Source: Clostridia bacterium (lineage in GTDB: Bacteria > Bacillota > Clostridia > Oscillospirales > CAG-272). Taken from it: a stretch of 64,000 nucleotides of DNA. The stretch lies in contig JAFUNF010000018.1 in NCBI GenBank assembly GCA_017473085.1, forward strand, positions 11,886-75,885. Direction: 5' to 3'. Position 1 is the first letter of the stretch, and the number at the start of each line of letters is the position of its first letter. Shown here piece after piece: positions 1-8,596 of this stretch. The notes below the pieces were generated by a model. It saw only the letters and a list, made by a program, of their open reading frames with translations. It did no database searches and was not told the DNA's origin. Position numbers and translations under genes: made by a program.

Positions 1-330
1 TGTTTCATAATAGCCATTGTATTGGCGAGGGTTAGGGTCAGGAATTGTAATAGCTTCTGCCTTTACTATTTTGTATCTTGACAAAAAGCCGTTTCCATAT
101 TCGCCCTCATTTCCAATAGCGCAAGCCTTAGCAAAATAGTGATTTTCAAGTCCTGTCAGGCTTGAAAGCTTTTCTGTTTGCTTGCCAAACTCAGAGCCTT
201 GGTCAAACATTTCGTTAAGTCCAACAATATCAGCGCCTAAGTCCAAAATTGTCTTAGCCATAATATCGTAATCGACCCTTTTTTCAAGATAATTTAAGCA
301 GTGCTGTGTATTAAAGCTCATAATTTTCAT
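1..330 (-). CDS. endonuclease/exonuclease/phosphatase (EEP) family protein, N-terminal part only (gene runs off the left edge)
   Basis: Manual minus-strand translation from ATG at 330-328 gives MKIMSFNTQHCLNYLEKRVDYDIMAKTILDLGADIVGLNEMFDQGSEFGK, a typical EEP N-terminus. A purine-rich RBS lies upstream. Absent from the ORF track because it is truncated. Confidence 0.6.
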   Translation of the reverse strand, partial: MKIMSFNTQHCLNYLEKRVDYDIMAKTILDLGADIVGLNEMFDQGSEFGKQTEKLSSLTGLENHYFAKACAIGNEGEYGNGFLSRYKIVKAEAITIPDPNPRQYNGYYET

Positions 331-481
331 AAAAAAGCCCTCTCTTTCCTGTATTTCAGTGTACCATAATTTAAGTGAGCTTTCAATAATTATTTTTATG
401 CAAGCTATTGCTTTTAAATTTCATTTATGATAATATCGTAATTGTGGGGGCTAAGCCTACCAAAAATCGAAGGAGAATATT

Positions 482-1762
482 ATGGATATTGCAAGAATTG
501 AAAGAACAAAGCCTTTTATGGAGAAAAGGTTCGGTATGTTTATTCACTGGGGCGTTTATGCAGTTGAATCTGCAGGCGAGTGGATAAGAAATCACAGAAG
601 AATTACAGTTGAGGACTATCAGCCAAACCTTGACTCTTTTACAGCTGACCAATACGACCCTAAAAAGTGGGCTAAGCTTGCCAAAGAGGCAGGAATGAAA
701 TACGCAGTGCTTACAACAAAGCATCACGATGGCTTTTGTCTTTTCGATAGCCAATATACAGACTATAAGGCAACTAACACTCCAGCAGGCAGGGACTTAG
801 TTAAGGAATACGTTGAGGCATTTCGCGCCGAGGGATTAATGGTAGGCTTTTACTATTCTCTACTTGACTGGCATCACCCTGACTTCCCTGCTTATGCAGA
901 TATGCACCACCCAATGAGAGGAAACGAGGACTATAAGGATAAGGAAAAGGACAAGGACTTCTCTCGCTATACTGAGTATATGTATAATCAGGTTAAGGAG
1001 CTTCTTACTAACTATGGCAAAATCGACATTATGTGGTTTGACTTCCACTATGCAGAAATGACAGGCGAAAAGTGGGAGGCTACTAAGCTTGTTAAAATGA
1101 TAAGAGAAATCAACCCCGATATTATTATTGACGACCGTCTTGGTGGCGATATTAAGGTTGACGAGCCTGTTTATTATGCAGGTGACTATGGCTCTCCCGA
1201 GCAAATGATTCCAGCAGGTGGCGTTGTTGACTATAAGGGCAATCCAATTCCTTGGGAAACCTGTATGACACTTAACGACAACTGGGGCTACGTTGCAAGC
1301 GACACTAACTACAAAACGCCTAAGAATGTTATTAGAATGCTTGTTGAATGTGCAAGCAAGGGTGGTAATTTGATTCTTAACGTAGGACCTGATGCAAGAG
1401 GAAACATTCCTGAAAAGAGCATTGAAATTCTTACCGAGGTTGGCAAGTGGATGAGAGCAAACGGCGAATCTATTTACGGCTGTGGTATAAGCTCAATTCC
1501 TAAGCCTGAGTGGGGACGCATTACCGAAAACGACAAGTACATTTATTTGCACCTTATTGATGCAAATACAACCTGCTTTGCAATTGAGGGACTAAAGGAC
1601 AAGATTAAATTCGCAACTCGCCTCTCCGACGGCTCAAAAATCAATATGGCTGAGCCTTGGAACGTTACAAGCTTCCTCGAAAAGGACCCTATCTTTATCC
1701 ATCTACCAAACTACAACACAATGGACGATATTGATACTGTAATCAAGCTTTATAAGAAATAA
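482..1762 (+). CDS. alpha-L-fucosidase (GH29)
   Basis: 426-aa ORF with GH29 hallmarks (FGMFIHWGVYAV, TKHHDGFCLFDS). RBS GAAGGAG lies 7 nt upstream. Confidence 0.85.
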   Translation: MDIARIERTKPFMEKRFGMFIHWGVYAVESAGEWIRNHRRITVEDYQPNLDSFTADQYDPKKWAKLAKEAGMKYAVLTTKHHDGFCLFDSQYTDYKATNTPAGRDLVKEYVEAFRAEGLMVGFYYSLLDWHHPDFPAYADMHHPMRGNEDYKDKEKDKDFSRYTEYMYNQVKELLTNYGKIDIMWFDFHYAEMTGEKWEATKLVKMIREINPDIIIDDRLGGDIKVDEPVYYAGDYGSPEQMIPAGGVVDYKGNPIPWETCMTLNDNWGYVASDTNYKTPKNVIRMLVECASKGGNLILNVGPDARGNIPEKSIEILTEVGKWMRANGESIYGCGISSIPKPEWGRITENDKYIYLHLIDANTTCFAIEGLKDKIKFATRLSDGSKINMAEPWNVTSFLEKDPIFIHLPNYNTMDDIDTVIKLYKK

Positions 1763-1770
1763 ACCATTGA

Positions 1771-1803
1771 ACGCACACGGATTTTCCGTGTGCGTTTTTG
1801 TTT
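1771..1803 (+). terminator. rho-independent terminator after the fucosidase gene
   Basis: Hairpin acgcacacgg/ccgtgtgcgt followed by a T-run. Confidence 0.7.
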
Positions 1804-1835
1804 CAAAAATATTTACAAAATAGTTTACAAAATGG

Positions 1836-1864
1836 TTGACAAAAATAAAAAAACAGTTTACAAT
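1836..1864 (+). promoter_or_regulatory. sigma-A type promoter for the fic gene
   Basis: TTGACA (1836-1841), 17-nt spacer, TACAAT (1859-1864). Two direct TTTACAAAAT repeats lie just upstream at 1812-1834. Confidence 0.5.
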
Positions 1865-1900
1865 ATAGATATACGAATTTTAACCAAGGAGTGTAATAGT

Positions 1901-3139
1901 ATGAATATTGAAAGAGTAAAGGCTTTAATAATCGGAAGCAATTATTATTCTGTGAGTGATTTAAGATATAACAAAAAAATCGGAATAATGCTTTCAAAAA
2001 GCGAATTTGAAGAGTTTCTCAAGATTAAAGATAATTTAGCCCAAGAAAATTTTGAATTTATACAAAAACTACCCTTGAAAACATTTAACTCTAAATTTTG
2101 CTTTTTTGTACAAGGAAATTACTTGCTTTCTATCTTAAGCGAATATATGCGTATTCATTTGACAGACTTTGAACTTAATCACAGTTGGATTTTTGATAGA
2201 AATTTAGAGGATATGCTAAAGTCAAGGTTGTTTTCGGAAATAGAAGGTACTTTGAATGTTGAAAATGTACCAACAACCCATAAGCGCATAGCTGAGGTTA
2301 GCCAAATGGAACAACCCACTGAACAAAATGATATTATCATAAAAAATATGATTGACGGGGTTGACTTTATTGTTAATGAAAAACCAAAATTCAACAAAGA
2401 AAATTTATTAAAGCTGTATCATATTTTAAGTAAAAATTGTTTGCCTGAAGAGAAGAAATTAAAGGATGGCTTTTATTATCGTCATAGTGAAGTATTTGTT
2501 GGAAAATACGAAGGTGCTGACTATAATATCATTGATGAATGTATGAATAGTTTATTTGAGTTTGCAAACAATGAAAACAACATTAAAGAGTACGACAATT
2601 TGCTTCCATACATTTGCCACTACTATATTTTGTATATACATCCGTATTTCGATTATAACGGAAGAACAGCACGTATGGTTTCTTTTTGGCTTAACTATAT
2701 CAATGATATAAAGGTTGCTCCCTATTTTATGAGTGAGGCGATAAATGATAGCAAAGGCGATTATTATCGAGCAATTGCCGATACAAGAGAAACAAACAAC
2801 GATTTAACCTATTTTTTGGGGTATATACTTGAAACATCTATAAAGTATAGCTTTGTTTATAAAAATCTTGAAGAAATGAAAAATGAACTTATGAAATCGG
2901 GAGAAACATTAACATCTGCCGAATGGGTTTATATCAAAAAAATCATAATTCACAATCCTGAGGACTTTTTTAATTACAAAATGTTTCTTACCTATATAGG
3001 CTCTAATATGACAAAGCAAGGAGCGTTAAAAGTACTAAACAAGTTTACTGAATATGGTATTCTTGACAAATCAAAAAACAAAAGAAATGAAACAATATTT
3101 AAGCTAAATGATAATATGATTACTTACAAATATCAATAA
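1901..3139 (+). CDS. Fic family protein (non-canonical Fic motif)
   Basis: Motif HPYFDYNGRTARM aligns to HxFx(D/E)GNGRxxR. The start is moved to ATG 1901, which has RBS AAGGAG; the track's upstream extension has none. Confidence 0.8.
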   Translation: MNIERVKALIIGSNYYSVSDLRYNKKIGIMLSKSEFEEFLKIKDNLAQENFEFIQKLPLKTFNSKFCFFVQGNYLLSILSEYMRIHLTDFELNHSWIFDRNLEDMLKSRLFSEIEGTLNVENVPTTHKRIAEVSQMEQPTEQNDIIIKNMIDGVDFIVNEKPKFNKENLLKLYHILSKNCLPEEKKLKDGFYYRHSEVFVGKYEGADYNIIDECMNSLFEFANNENNIKEYDNLLPYICHYYILYIHPYFDYNGRTARMVSFWLNYINDIKVAPYFMSEAINDSKGDYYRAIADTRETNNDLTYFLGYILETSIKYSFVYKNLEEMKNELMKSGETLTSAEWVYIKKIIIHNPEDFFNYKMFLTYIGSNMTKQGALKVLNKFTEYGILDKSKNKRNETIFKLNDNMITYKYQ

Positions 3140-3175
3140 AGACAGAAAACGACAGCTCGTCTTCTAACTAACAAC

Positions 3176-3210
3176 AAAAAGCGTGAACAAATCGTTCACG
3201 CTTTTTGTTT
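3176..3210. terminator. bidirectional terminator between convergent fic and ribU
   Basis: Hairpin gcgtgaac/gttcacgc flanked by an A-run and a T-run. Confidence 0.7.
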
Positions 3211-3252
3211 TATAATACCAATTTTAAAATTTGCTTTGCTTGTTTCTTAAAA

Positions 3253-3798
3253 TTATTCAAGCACTGAAATTTTTCGCAAAGCCTTTACCATAGGCTTATA
3301 AATTAGCATAACAAGCACAGAGTTTGCCACGCTCTTGCCAAGATTAAAGGGTAGGAACACAGGAAGAAGCATTTCGGCTACTGCCTGTTGTGGTATGCCC
3401 ATATAGTGAGGGGTTATAAAATAATTCCAAAGTAGCATTGACCCTGTTGTTACAATACAGCCAAGGACAAGACCTAAAAGTGCTGAGGGAAAGGTCCTTT
3501 TTTTCTTATAGAAAAGTGCAGGAATAAGTGCAAAGGCAACGCTTGAAAGAATATTCATCAAGCAACCTATTATTCCTGTGGAGCTAATAAACGCCATTTC
3601 CAAAAAGGAAACCACAACACTAATTGCAATAGTTGCCAAGGGACCTAAGGCAAAGCCTGCTATTACGATAATAGCGTCCTTTGGGTCATAATTCAAAAAG
3701 CCTGCAACTCTAATAGGTACTAAATTACCCACAGCAGACAAAACAAAGGCAATAGCAGAAAACATACCTGTTATTGCAATTTTTCTTGTTAGCTTCAT
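3253..3798 (-). CDS. ribU: riboflavin transporter, ECF-type S component
   Basis: 181-aa polytopic membrane protein. RBS AAGGAG. Directly preceded by an FMN riboswitch. Confidence 0.8.
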   Translation of the reverse strand: MKLTRKIAITGMFSAIAFVLSAVGNLVPIRVAGFLNYDPKDAIIVIAGFALGPLATIAISVVVSFLEMAFISSTGIIGCLMNILSSVAFALIPALFYKKKRTFPSALLGLVLGCIVTTGSMLLWNYFITPHYMGIPQQAVAEMLLPVFLPFNLGKSVANSVLVMLIYKPMVKALRKISVLE

Positions 3799-3809
3799 AC
3801 AAAACTCCT

Positions 3810-3843
3810 TTTAAAAACAAAGTGCCTCGCAAAAACGAGGCAC
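3810..3843 (-). terminator. attenuator terminator of the FMN riboswitch expression platform
   Basis: The minus strand reads gtgcctcgtttttgcgaggcac followed by tttgttttt, between the aptamer and the ribU RBS. Confidence 0.7.
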
Positions 3844-3878
3844 AAAATGCTAAAATAACGGCAAAAGCCGATAAAAAA

Positions 3879-3992
3879 CACTTCTCTCATCCGGACTTTA
3901 ACCGTCGGTTTTGGAATTGCACCAAATCTGCCTAAGGGTTAGGCTCGCAGACTGTACTGCCGGTGGGGAGTTGCACCCCGCCCCGAAATATA
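3879..3992 (-). promoter_or_regulatory. FMN riboswitch (RFN element) aptamer
   Basis: The minus strand reads TTCGGGGCGGGGTGCAACTCCCCACCGGCAGTA...GCAGATTTGGTGCAATTCCAAAACCGACGGTTAAAGTCCGGATGAGAGAAG, matching the conserved RFN core segments. Confidence 0.85.
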
Positions 3993-4350
3993 TTAGGAAC
4001 AGTCAGATAGTGGCATAGAACGAAAAGCAGGATATATTCCCTCTTTTCTGCCTGTTCCCTTTATTTACTTGTCTATAATGTAGAGTTTTTCTATTTGTAG
4101 CATTTTAATACCACTTGCTTTTACCAAGAAAAACTCTTTTTATCTGCTTTTCTAATTGCGTTCTCTACTCTACCGTACAAAGTACGCCTACGCGTACGAG
4201 AACACAATTTCTCTACCCCTCCTGATGCCCCTAGATAGAGCTCCTTTAGGGCAATCATAACGTTTACAAAGTAAACTCATAACTCAACCCCGTTGAGCCA
4301 CACTCCCATTTTACCACTCCGTAGCTTATATGTCAATAAAAAAATGGTTG

Positions 4351-4379
4351 TTTACAAATAGATATTTGTATGCTACAAT
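4351..4379 (+). promoter_or_regulatory. sigma-A type promoter for ansA
   Basis: TTTACA, 17 nt, TACAAT, about 35 nt upstream of the ansA start. Confidence 0.5.
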
Positions 4380-4414
4380 AATTATGTATATTTCACTTAC
4401 TAAAAGGACTATCT

Positions 4415-5425
4415 ATGAAAAAAAGAATCTGCTTAATCCACACAGGTGGAACTATTGGAATGATAAGAAGTGACAAGGGCTACTTGCCAAAGGTGGGCTA
4501 TTTGGAAACTGCCCTTTTGGGCATTAGCGACCTTAAAAATGAGAAAATGCCCGACTTCGACCTTTTTGAAATGTCCCCACTTCTCGACTCATCTGATATG
4601 GCAGTTGGGGATTGGAACAGAATAGGCGAGGAAATCGCTTCAAGATACGATTTATATGATGGCTTTGTAGTATTGCACGGCACGGACACTATGGCATATA
4701 CTGCCTCTGCCCTTTCCTTTATGCTTGAGGGACTTGACAAGCCTGTAATCTTGACAGGGTCCCAAATTCCTCTTTGCGAGGTAAGAAGCGACGGACGAGA
4801 TAACCTTATAACCTCACTTCTTATAGCCTCCGAGGGCAAATATAACGAGGTTTGCCTCTACTTCGGAGGACGACTATTGCGTGGCAATCGTGCAACTAAA
4901 ATGTCGGCAGACGGACTTTTAGCCTTTGATTCTCCTAACTGTCCAAGATTAGCCGAGGCAGGAATTAGTATAAGATACCTACCTGTGCAAAAGCCACCTA
5001 AAACCAAGGAAAGCTTTTCTCTTTGTCACTTAGAGGATGTGCCAATTGGAGTTTTAAAGGTATTCCCTGGTATTCGCTTCCCTATTTTTGAAAAGCTAAT
5101 GACCGAAAGGCTAAAGGGCATAGTGCTTGAAACCTTTGGTGCAGGAAACATTCCAGGAGAGGGCGATTCCCTTTTGCCAATAATTGAGCGTGCATTCAAT
5201 GCAGGCTCTGTAATTACAGTATGCTCACAATGTCCGCAGGGCACAGTGTCCCTTGGCACCTATAAGACAAGCTCCCCACTTAAAAATGCAGGAGCTGTAA
5301 GTGGCTTTGACATGACAACCGAGGCTTGCGTTGCCAAGCTTTATTACCTATTTAGCAAGCACTACTCAAAGGAGGAAATAAAGTCGCTAATGGAGGAAAA
5401 TCTCCGTGGCGAGCTGACGAAATAA
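4415..5425 (+). CDS. ansA: L-asparaginase, type I
   Basis: Motifs HTGGTIGM and VLHGTDTMAYTASALSF. 336 aa. Confidence 0.85.
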   Translation: MKKRICLIHTGGTIGMIRSDKGYLPKVGYLETALLGISDLKNEKMPDFDLFEMSPLLDSSDMAVGDWNRIGEEIASRYDLYDGFVVLHGTDTMAYTASALSFMLEGLDKPVILTGSQIPLCEVRSDGRDNLITSLLIASEGKYNEVCLYFGGRLLRGNRATKMSADGLLAFDSPNCPRLAEAGISIRYLPVQKPPKTKESFSLCHLEDVPIGVLKVFPGIRFPIFEKLMTERLKGIVLETFGAGNIPGEGDSLLPIIERAFNAGSVITVCSQCPQGTVSLGTYKTSSPLKNAGAVSGFDMTTEACVAKLYYLFSKHYSKEEIKSLMEENLRGELTK

Positions 5426-5434
5426 AGAGGGCTT

Positions 5435-6256
5435 ATGGCATATATTAAATACAAAAACGGCTATTATCAAGGCGACGTAGAAAACGGCAAAAGATGTGGC
5501 AATGGCAAGTTTGTTTCCAAAAACGGCAACTATTATGAGGGTCAATGGAAAAACGATATGGCAAACGGCTATGGCAAAATGGTTTTTAGTAACGGCTACT
5601 ACGAGGGCTATTGGAAGAATTCCAAAAAGCACGGCAAGGGCAAATATGCTTGGGCAGATGGCTTTTATTACGATGGCGATTGGTACGAAAACATTATGCA
5701 GGGCTACGGCAAGCACACCTACGAATGGGGCTACTATGAGGGCTATTGGAAAAACGATATATGGTTTGGCAAGGGCGTTGAGGTAATAACCTGCAGTGGT
5801 GTCACCATTGAGGGCATTTGGAATGGCGACTCAACAGCCACAGACGTTATTCGCACGCAAGACGGAATAAAGGAATATGGCACCTATGAAAATTACAGAT
5901 TCAAGCCAAGCATACCCACAAAGCGATACCAAGACGGCTACTATCAAGGCGACCTTGTAAACGATTTACCAGAGGGTAAGGGCAAATTTACCTGGTTCGA
6001 CGGCGACACCTACGTAGGTTCTTGGTCAAAGGGCGCAAGACAGGGACAAGGCAGACAAACCTACCCTTGGGGTTATTACGAGGGTCTTTGGCAAAACAAC
6101 AAGTGGCACGGCAAGGGCGTAAAATACCTAAAGGACGGCTCCTCAATAGCTGCTGTATGGTCAACCACCGAAACAGCCACCACCGCCACCCTTTTAAAAA
6201 ATCACGTCTACACTATCGGCAAGGTAGTAAATGGCGAATTTAAACCTAATAACTAA
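5435..6256 (+). CDS. MORN repeat protein
   Basis: Reiterated YxGxWxxxxxHGxG units (e.g. YYEGYWKNSKKHGKGKY). The start lies 10 nt after the ansA stop, with RBS AGAGGG. Confidence 0.75.
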   Translation: MAYIKYKNGYYQGDVENGKRCGNGKFVSKNGNYYEGQWKNDMANGYGKMVFSNGYYEGYWKNSKKHGKGKYAWADGFYYDGDWYENIMQGYGKHTYEWGYYEGYWKNDIWFGKGVEVITCSGVTIEGIWNGDSTATDVIRTQDGIKEYGTYENYRFKPSIPTKRYQDGYYQGDLVNDLPEGKGKFTWFDGDTYVGSWSKGARQGQGRQTYPWGYYEGLWQNNKWHGKGVKYLKDGSSIAAVWSTTETATTATLLKNHVYTIGKVVNGEFKPNN

Positions 6257-6337
6257 AAAGAAAATGACATCTCCACACTATTTGGTAGAGTTATAGACAA
6301 GTTTGTAGAAAACAAAAAGCACGAAATAAAGAAAAAA

Positions 6338-6363
6338 ACAGACACTCCTGTGTCTGTTTTTTG
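6338..6363 (+). terminator. rho-independent terminator after the MORN gene
   Basis: acagacac-tcct-gtgtctgt followed by TTTTTT. Confidence 0.75.
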
Positions 6364-6371
6364 TATTATAT

Positions 6372-6476
6372 TGAAATGAAAATTGTTCACGTTTGCGAAG
6401 CAAATATTTCACCCCAAAGGGCTTTCATTTGTCCGAAAGTGAAAATTTCATTGCACTCCTGTTCTTGCAGGAGTGC
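6372..6476. repeat. hairpin-linker array, ATTTCAT flavour
   Basis: Hairpins tttgc-gaa-gcaaa, ccc-aaa-ggg and gcactcctg-ttcttg-caggagtgc, separated by tatttcac / ctttcatt / atttcatt. Confidence 0.6.
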
Positions 6477-6491
6477 TGTGTGTCTGTTTTT

Positions 6492-7424
6492 TTATTGAAG
6501 TCTTTTTAGTCTTTCTAAAAGCGCTGAAAACTCCTTGGGTAGCTGGCACTCAAAGGTCATTTCCTGTTTTGTTCTTGGGTGGATTAGGGTAAGCCTTTTT
6601 GCGTGAAGGACTTGACCACAAAGCAAGGACTTGTTTGCCTTTTCAAATTGAGTTTTACCACCACCATAAACCTCGTCGCCAATGATTGGGTGGCCTAAGT
6701 AAGCACAATGAACTCTTATTTGATGAGTTCTGCCTGTTTCAAGCTCCATTTTAGCGTAGGTGTAGCCTCTGTATTCCTCAATTACAGAATAGTGGGTTAT
6801 AGCCTCTCTTGCTCCCTGTCTGTCAGGGGAAACAACTGCCATTTTCTTTCTGTCAACAGGGTGTCTTGCCATAAAGGTCCTGACTGTGCCTGTATGCTCC
6901 CTTAGGTGACCTGTTAAAATTGCGTGATATTCTCTTTTTATGTTGTGGTCCTTAAGCAGACTTGAAAGAAACACGTGACTCTCGTCGTTTTTTGCCACAA
7001 CCAAAAGACCACTTGTGTCCTTGTCTATTCTGTGTACAATTCCAGGACGAATAACCCCGTTTATGCCTGAAAGTCCATTTTTACAATGGAAAAGAAGTGC
7101 ATTTACAAGAGTACCACTTTCGTTGCCTGGCGCTGGGTGCACCACCATACCCGAGGGCTTGTTAATTACTATAATGTCGGAGTCCTCGTAAACTATATCG
7201 AGAGGAATATCCTCAGGGGTGCATTCCTCAAGGTCCTTAATTTCTCTTTTTTCTATCTCAATATCGTCATTTTGCCGAAGACGATAGTTTTTCGACTCCT
7301 GCTTGCCATTTACTAACACATAGCCATCGTCAATCAAGCCTTGGGCACAGGAGCGAGTAACCTCTTGTACCTCGGAAACGTACACGTCAAGGCGTTTTTT
7401 TACGTCTGTGTCATTTATTTTCAT
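6492..7424 (-). CDS. rluD: 23S rRNA pseudouridine synthase, RluA/RluD family
   Basis: S4-like N-terminus followed by the catalytic HRIDKDTSGLLVVAK motif. Confidence 0.85.
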   Translation of the reverse strand: MKINDTDVKKRLDVYVSEVQEVTRSCAQGLIDDGYVLVNGKQESKNYRLRQNDDIEIEKREIKDLEECTPEDIPLDIVYEDSDIIVINKPSGMVVHPAPGNESGTLVNALLFHCKNGLSGINGVIRPGIVHRIDKDTSGLLVVAKNDESHVFLSSLLKDHNIKREYHAILTGHLREHTGTVRTFMARHPVDRKKMAVVSPDRQGAREAITHYSVIEEYRGYTYAKMELETGRTHQIRVHCAYLGHPIIGDEVYGGGKTQFEKANKSLLCGQVLHAKRLTLIHPRTKQEMTFECQLPKEFSALLERLKRLQ

Positions 7425-7923
7425 CTTTTCCCTGTTCCTTTTTACCCTTAAAAATATCTAAAAGTAAAGCGAGGACAACTATGCCTGCACCAACGCAAAC
7501 GAAGGCATCTGCACCATTGAAAACAAACTGCCAAATTCCACAAAAGTCAATCATATCAATAACAAAGTAGCGGAAAATTCTGTCAATCATATTGCCAATG
7601 CCACCACTGACAATAAGAGCAAGACCTACCTTTAAAAGCATACCCTCCTTGCAAAAGCCAAAGAGATAAATGCCAATGCCGATTATGGCAATTGTTGAAA
7701 CGCTCATAAAGATAACTCGTCCCACAGGACTGTCAAAAAGTCCAAATGCCATACCATCGTTTTCTACGTAGGTTAGGTGCAAAAAGCCCTTGATTAAGGG
7801 AATTGAGTCCCCAACAGTCATATTAGCCACCACAATTGCCTTGGTTATTTGGTCAATTATAATTCCACCTACGACTATGCTAATTAAAATAATTAGGTTT
7901 TTTATATTACCTATTTTTCTCAT
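7411..7923 (-). CDS. lspA: lipoprotein signal peptidase II
   Basis: 170-aa four-TM protein with NxGxAFG-like (NDGMAFG) and GGxxGNxxDR (GGIGNMIDR) motifs. Overlaps rluD by 14 nt. Confidence 0.85.
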   Translation of the reverse strand: MRKIGNIKNLIILISIVVGGIIIDQITKAIVVANMTVGDSIPLIKGFLHLTYVENDGMAFGLFDSPVGRVIFMSVSTIAIIGIGIYLFGFCKEGMLLKVGLALIVSGGIGNMIDRIFRYFVIDMIDFCGIWQFVFNGADAFVCVGAGIVVLALLLDIFKGKKEQGKDENK

Positions 7924-7932
7924 TGTTGCTCC

Positions 7933-8199
7933 TTATACTATTACCCAAATTAAATTAGAAAGCACATGCACGATAATTACAAGAACTAAAAAGGATAAAT
8001 CAAGGGGACATCTCCTTACAAATTCAAAGCGCTCAAGTAGCTTTCTTATGGGATTTAAAAAAGGGGAAAGGATTTTTTCAACAAGCTCGTAAAGCTTGGA
8101 TTCCCTCGCCTCAGGAATCCAAGACATAATAGCACTAATCAATAAAATCGCGTCTAAAACACTCAAAATGCAATAAATTATCCATGCAAGTGTTTCCAT
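7933..8199 (-). CDS. YggT family membrane protein
   Basis: 88 aa with two TM segments. Sits in the conserved yggS-sepF-yggT position. Confidence 0.7.
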   Translation of the reverse strand: METLAWIIYCILSVLDAILLISAIMSWIPEARESKLYELVEKILSPFLNPIRKLLERFEFVRRCPLDLSFLVLVIIVHVLSNLIWVIV

Positions 8200-8211
8200 G
8201 CTTACCTCTTT

Positions 8212-8595
8212 TTAAACTGTAAAAAATTCGTCGTCTCCATCATCAGAGCCGAATGCCTCGCCACTTACGTCAACGTCCTTAGGTGCTATAAAGAAGGAAT
8301 CGTTTGTCGCCTTCTTGATAGATACACCAAGGGCGTAAGCTGCGCCACTTATAAAATCAATCATTCTTTTGTAGGTTTCCTTTTCTACACCCTCAAGGTT
8401 TAAAAGGACAGTCCTGCCTGTTATAAGATAATCAACTGCTGGGAGTAATTGCTCCATAGTCTTTGGCTTGCAAATCTTTAATTCAAGAGCACCCTCAAGG
8501 GACACATTGGCTTCAACTACCTGACCCTCTTCCTCCTCGTAATCGTCCTCGTCGTCATCATATCTTTTCTTTTTGAAAAAATCGAAAATTCCCAT
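8212..8595 (-). CDS. sepF: cell division protein SepF
   Basis: Start MGIFDFFKKK, an acidic linker, then the conserved C-terminal domain. The start is trimmed to ATG 8595; the track's extension overlaps the yggS end. Confidence 0.85.
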   Translation of the reverse strand: MGIFDFFKKKRYDDDEDDYEEEEGQVVEANVSLEGALELKICKPKTMEQLLPAVDYLITGRTVLLNLEGVEKETYKRMIDFISGAAYALGVSIKKATNDSFFIAPKDVDVSGEAFGSDDGDDEFFTV

Positions 8596-8596
8596 T

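Noticed and set aside
5387-6243. Alternate-frame ORFs within the MORN gene (5387-5716 minus strand, 5496-5786, 6022-6243).
   Set aside because: The MORN frame shows the clear repeated YxGxW...G.G consensus and translational coupling to ansA. The others are by-products of the repetitive GGC/AAC-rich sequence.
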